NCBI GenBank assembly: GCA_000004695.1 | Contig: CM000153.2 | Location: 544,001-608,000, forward strand | Direction of reading: 5' to 3' | Length of the DNA: 64,000 nt | From: Dictyostelium discoideum | Taxonomy: Eukaryota | Shown here: positions 60,121-64,000 of the stretch, piece by piece | Numbering within the stretch: position 1 is the first letter of the stretch | Layout: the number at the start of each line of letters is the position of its first letter | The notes under the pieces: generated by a model | The model's database searches: none | What the model was told of the DNA's origin: nothing | What the model saw: only the letters and a program-made list of their open reading frames with translations | Made by a program: the position numbers and the translations under genes

Positions 60121-60273
60121 GATATTAAAAAAAAAATAAAAAAGAAATATAAGTTCATTCTCGTTGGAAACTGTTGTTGGAAAAAAATAATGAAATAATC
60201 AAAGAAAAAAGGGGTTTATAAATAATAATAATTTTTATCATTTGATTCATTAATGATTAAATTAAATTATTTT

Positions 60274-60322
<49 letters not shown>

Positions 60323-60562
60323 GAAAAGAAAATAATTTTTTCTTAAATTATTTGTTGGTGAAAAAATAAATCCTTTTTTTTTTTTTTTTTTTTTTTTAAG
60401 GGAAAATTTGCCCCCCCTGATTAATTTGTTTTTCAAAAAAAAATTTGGGGTTTTTTCGGCCTTCCCCCTGGGTAGGGTTAACCTTAAACCCCTGGGTTTG
60501 GGTTTTCCAATTTTAAAAAATTTTGGAATTTAAAAAATTAAAAAATAAATAATGAAAAGTGA

Positions 60563-60600
<38 letters not shown>

Positions 60601-61067
60601 TAAAAATAGAGAGTGGGGTCATGTTGTTGGAAATTAATTTTTTTAGTATAGACATCCAATAAATTAAATTATTAAAGATATAAAACAATGGTATTTTTTG
60701 GATTTTATTAATCTTTAAATAAATTATAAATATAAATAATTATTTTAGATAAGAATATTTTAATACTATTTTTTTTTTTCTTTTTAATTTTAAAAAATTG
60801 GAACCATTATAGTTCAATTTTAATTAATCAAAATGTTGGTAACTATCCATTTATTTATTTTTTATATTTATATATCCATTAAATAAAATATAAATGAAAA
60901 ATTTTGAAAACATTTTAAAACAATTTTTTTTTTTTTTTTTTTTATTTAAAAAATAAAATAATTTTATTTAATTGTAATGGTACTATGCTTTTTATTATTA
61001 AATATAATCAATTATAAATATTTGAAAATAAAATTCAAAATAATTTAAAATTAATTATTAATTTTTT

Positions 61068-61358
61068 TTAAAGGCTAATGTCAGCATCAACATGAACAGA
61101 TAATAATGGAGCAAGGTTTAAATCAATGCATGCAGCAACATCTAAAAGTTGATTAGAGTTTGAACCAAATTGTGATGAGCTTATTGTGTTTTTTAATTGA
61201 CTCTTTTGGGAAACTGATTTAATGGAGCTGATTGATTGTAATGATTCTATATAATTTAAAATAAATAATAATAAAAAAGGAATTAGAATGGATCTAAATC
61301 TCACAAATTGAATTATTATTTTTGGGGAAATATTTTGATGATAATTACTAAATAACAT
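61068..61358 (-). CDS. Small ORF (96 aa) with a hydrophobic N-terminal segment, lying in a tandemly duplicated block. Putative small secreted or membrane protein.
   Basis: The ORF is MLFSNYHQNISPKIIIQFVRFRSILIPFLLLFILNYIESLQSISSIKSVSQKSQLKNTISSSQFGSNSNQLLDVAACIDLNLAPLLSVHVDADISL*. It sits on a GC-richer island in AT-rich intergenic sequence. A second, degenerate copy of the 3' two-thirds lies at 62038..62230. Confidence 0.3.
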   Translation of the reverse strand: MLFSNYHQNISPKIIIQFVRFRSILIPFLLLFILNYIESLQSISSIKSVSQKSQLKNTISSSQFGSNSNQLLDVAACIDLNLAPLLSVHVDADISL

Positions 61359-61462
61359 TTTGGAATTTTATGTTTATTTTTTTTTAAAAAAAAAAAAGGT
61401 AATGATACAAAAATATGTTTATTTGATTTGAAATAAAAAAAGAGTTTCTTTTTTGGTTTTTA

Positions 61463-61503
<41 letters not shown>

Positions 61504-61666
61504 GGAATTAATTAGAAAAAAAAATATAAAAAATAAAATTTAATATTTATTACAAAATTCATTAGATCTTTTTTATTAAAATAAAATAATACCTATTTTT
61601 GTAAAAAATTTATTATTTATAAAAAAAAACTGATCTATTAAAAATTTATATTATACAAATGGTGTA

Positions 61667-61706
<40 letters not shown>

Positions 61707-62037
61707 ATAAATTTAAATTTTATACAAATTACCAAATAAAGAAACAACCTATTTTATAATTTTGTGGTTTTCAAAATAAATTTAGATCCCAATTCTATTT
61801 TTAGAACCACCACTAAAAAAAAAAAAAAATAAAAAAAAATAAAAAAAAAAATAAAACATATAAAAATAATTAAAAAAATAAAAAGGTGTTAACGGAATAA
61901 TTAATTTATGTATCAATTAATTAATTTTTATAGTAACGATATTATAATGTATTAAAATTTTTTAAAAAATAAATAATTATTTTTATTTATGCACACAATT
62001 GTAATGATACTGATTTATATGATTTTTTTTCCTTTAA

Positions 62038-62400
62038 AGGCTAATGAAAGCATCAATATGAGCAGATAATAATGGAGCAAGATTTAAATCAATGCATGCA
62101 GCAACGGCTAATAGTTGATTAGAATTTGAACCAAATTGAGTTGAATTAATTGTGTTTGTTAATTGACTCTTTTGGGAAACTGATTTAACAGAACTGATTG
62201 ATTGTAATGATTCTATATAATTTAAAATAAAATAAAATTAAAAAAAGAATTAATAAAGGATTAATTTTAAAATAAAAATTAAAATTTTAAAAAAAAACAT
62301 ATTTACTGAATAACATTTTTAGTTTTTAAAGTAATGATACAAAAAAAGATATTTAGGATTGAAAAATAAAAAAAAAAAATCTTTCTTTTTATAGCAAAAA
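62038..62400 (-). pseudogene. Degenerate second copy of the 61068..61440 block; the small-ORF N-terminus is disrupted
   Basis: About 85% identity to copy 1 over the roughly 190 bp encoding ..IESLQSISS(V/I)KSVSQKSQL..QFGSNSNQLL(A/D)VAACIDLNLAPLLS(A/V)H(I/V)DA.ISL*. Upstream, the ATG is followed by MLFSKYVFF* (stop), and the segment gaattagaatggatctaaatctcacaaattg of copy 1 is absent. Confidence 0.3.
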
Positions 62401-62732
62401 AAATTATTATTTTAAAAATTTAAGTTATTGGGTTTTAATAGCTTTTTAAATTTAAAACAATAATTTTAATTTTGTTTAGATTCAATAGATTGATTATAAT
62501 TTAAAATTACTTTTTTGTAAAAAAAGTTAAAATATTGTTTGGATTGATTAAAAAAAAAAAAAAAAAATTAAAAAACAAATAAAAATAATAATGGTAATTA
62601 ATATGTATTTTATGGGTTAATTTAAATTAAATTAATTAATCTGTACTATTTTTCAAAAATAGGTTAAAAAAAATAAAAATACATTTTTTTATTTACAAAA
62701 TATAAAATTATTGGAAAAAACAATTAGATAAC

Positions 62733-62776
<44 letters not shown>

Positions 62777-62938
62777 TAACACTTTTTTTTTAAGATTTGT
62801 TAAATAAATTAAAGTAAGGGGTTTTAGAAAAAATTAAAAAAAATAAGGAATAAATAAAGTTTTTTTTTGAAATTAAATAAATTATTTCTATTTATTTATT
62901 ATCGATATTATATTATTTTTATTATTTTATAATTTTAA

Positions 62939-64000
62939 TTAAGCTATAATTGAATAAAATTTATTTTTAGAAGAGAAAATGATTCGATTTTTTGAAATTA
63001 TTTGAGCAGATTGTAAAGGTTCATTCGACATCATACTATTTACATTTAATACCTTTGAAAATTCTACAGAATCGTTATCGTTACCACAATCATTATTATT
63101 ATTTTGATTATTTTGATTATTAATATTATTACCGCTATTAAAGAGTGAAATGGTTCCTTCAGAAGACCATGTTATCATTTGTTGAGAAGATTGATTTCTA
63201 TGAATACCTAATAAATCTTTATTATGAGATTGAAATGAATTTAAACAGGTTGAACTATACATATTCCAAACTTTAAATTTACAATCTTTTGATGAGCCTG
63301 TTAATATTATTGGATCTCTAACAGCATGTGGCGATCTAAATAAAACTGAATCAACACCTATACTACCACCACTGCTGGAAGATGGTGGTGAATGAGTTAA
63401 TGTACGAAAACAATGAGAATTTCTAATATCCCATAATTTGACTTTACCATCTGAATCACCAGAAATCATTAATGGTTGATGAGATTGTGAATCAATTGAC
63501 AAGATACCAACTCCACCATTATCCATTTTTGAGATTGGGTAAAGTGATTTCTCAAGATCCCAAATTTGAATTGAAGAATCTTTAAATGAACTTGTAATTA
63601 CATGAGTACCATTCCAAGTGATATCTTTAATCGTATGTCGTTGTTCATCACATTTAATAACTTTAATTGGTAATAGTGTTGTTGGGCTATTAGCACTACC
63701 ACTAAAATCTGTCTTTTTCAATTCAAATAATGATATATTATTATTTGACATTGCAACAACTAAAAATACCTTTTCATTTATAATTTGATATTTCATACAA
63801 ACTACTGATTGTTCCATTTGTAATGTACTTGTTAATGATTCATTATCTAAACTAAAATATTTAACAATATTACTATCTTGATATGATACTAAAAATGAAT
63901 TTTGTTCTGAAATATGATTTAAACTTTTAATTATTAAATTATCATTTAAATTATTCGTATTATTATTTTTATTATTTATATTATTATTATTATTATTATA
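62939..64000 (-). CDS. WD40-repeat protein, partial: the N-terminal part lies beyond the window end. The stop is at 62939.
   Basis: The minus-strand frame is open from 64000 down to the TAA at 62939-62941. WD-repeat signatures present are [53 protein letters not shown] and [15 protein letters not shown]. The C-terminal part is an Asn/Gln-rich tail ([16 protein letters not shown]). Confidence 0.65.

Overview
This window reads as nuclear genomic DNA of a dictyostelid social amoeba (Dictyostelium discoideum-like). It is about 75-80% A+T, has short (about 80-110 bp) AT-rich introns bounded by GTAAGT/GTATGT and (A/T)AG, long homopolymer intergenic tracts, and in-frame (AAT)n/(CAA)n arrays encoding poly-Asn/poly-Gln. 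It is a gene-dense housekeeping region. I found no prokaryotic defence or CRISPR-type system, and this is not that kind of sequence.

Reading both strands and reconstructing splice junctions by eye, I can support about 20 protein-coding genes. In window order, those I can name are:
- a 3-exon heterotrimeric G-protein alpha subunit, 356 aa, consistent with G-alpha-1/gpaA
- a secreted Erv/ALR-type sulfhydryl oxidase with a GPI-like tail
- the WASH-complex subunit SWIP/WASHC4, 4 exons
- a very long Asn/Gln-rich low-complexity protein
- the U5 snRNP GTPase Snu114/EFTUD2, arranged head-to-head with the U5 assembly factor Aar2
- the golgin CASP
- a GNAT acetyltransferase with an apparent frame break
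- a Vti1-type Qb-SNARE whose start codon is split off by an intron
- RNA polymerase subunit Rpb12/POLR2K, 3 exons
- a cofilin/ADF-like protein
- a roughly 2,080-aa RCC1-repeat protein, 3 exons
- a KNL1/Spc105-like kinetochore scaffold carrying an RVSF motif and four MELT-like 'DMT[IL]T..FGKI' repeats
- a uridine-kinase-like P-loop protein with a long C-terminal extension
- a WD40 protein running off the window end

There is also an inverted pair of large paralogous Asn-rich genes of unknown function, about 25 kb apart. They share a conserved N-terminal block.

Other observations:
- a tandemly duplicated roughly 370-bp block encoding a small putative protein, the second copy degenerate
- a candidate 31-aa micro-gene
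- inverted (AAT)n/(ATT)n arrays able to form a hairpin inside an intron
- extreme single-amino-acid runs (roughly 40 Ser, 60 or more Gln, a long Asp/Glu tract)
- two 100-N gaps and two G/C-homopolymer islands that look like low-quality read ends rather than biology

All coordinates are hand-derived and may be off by a few bases at splice junctions.
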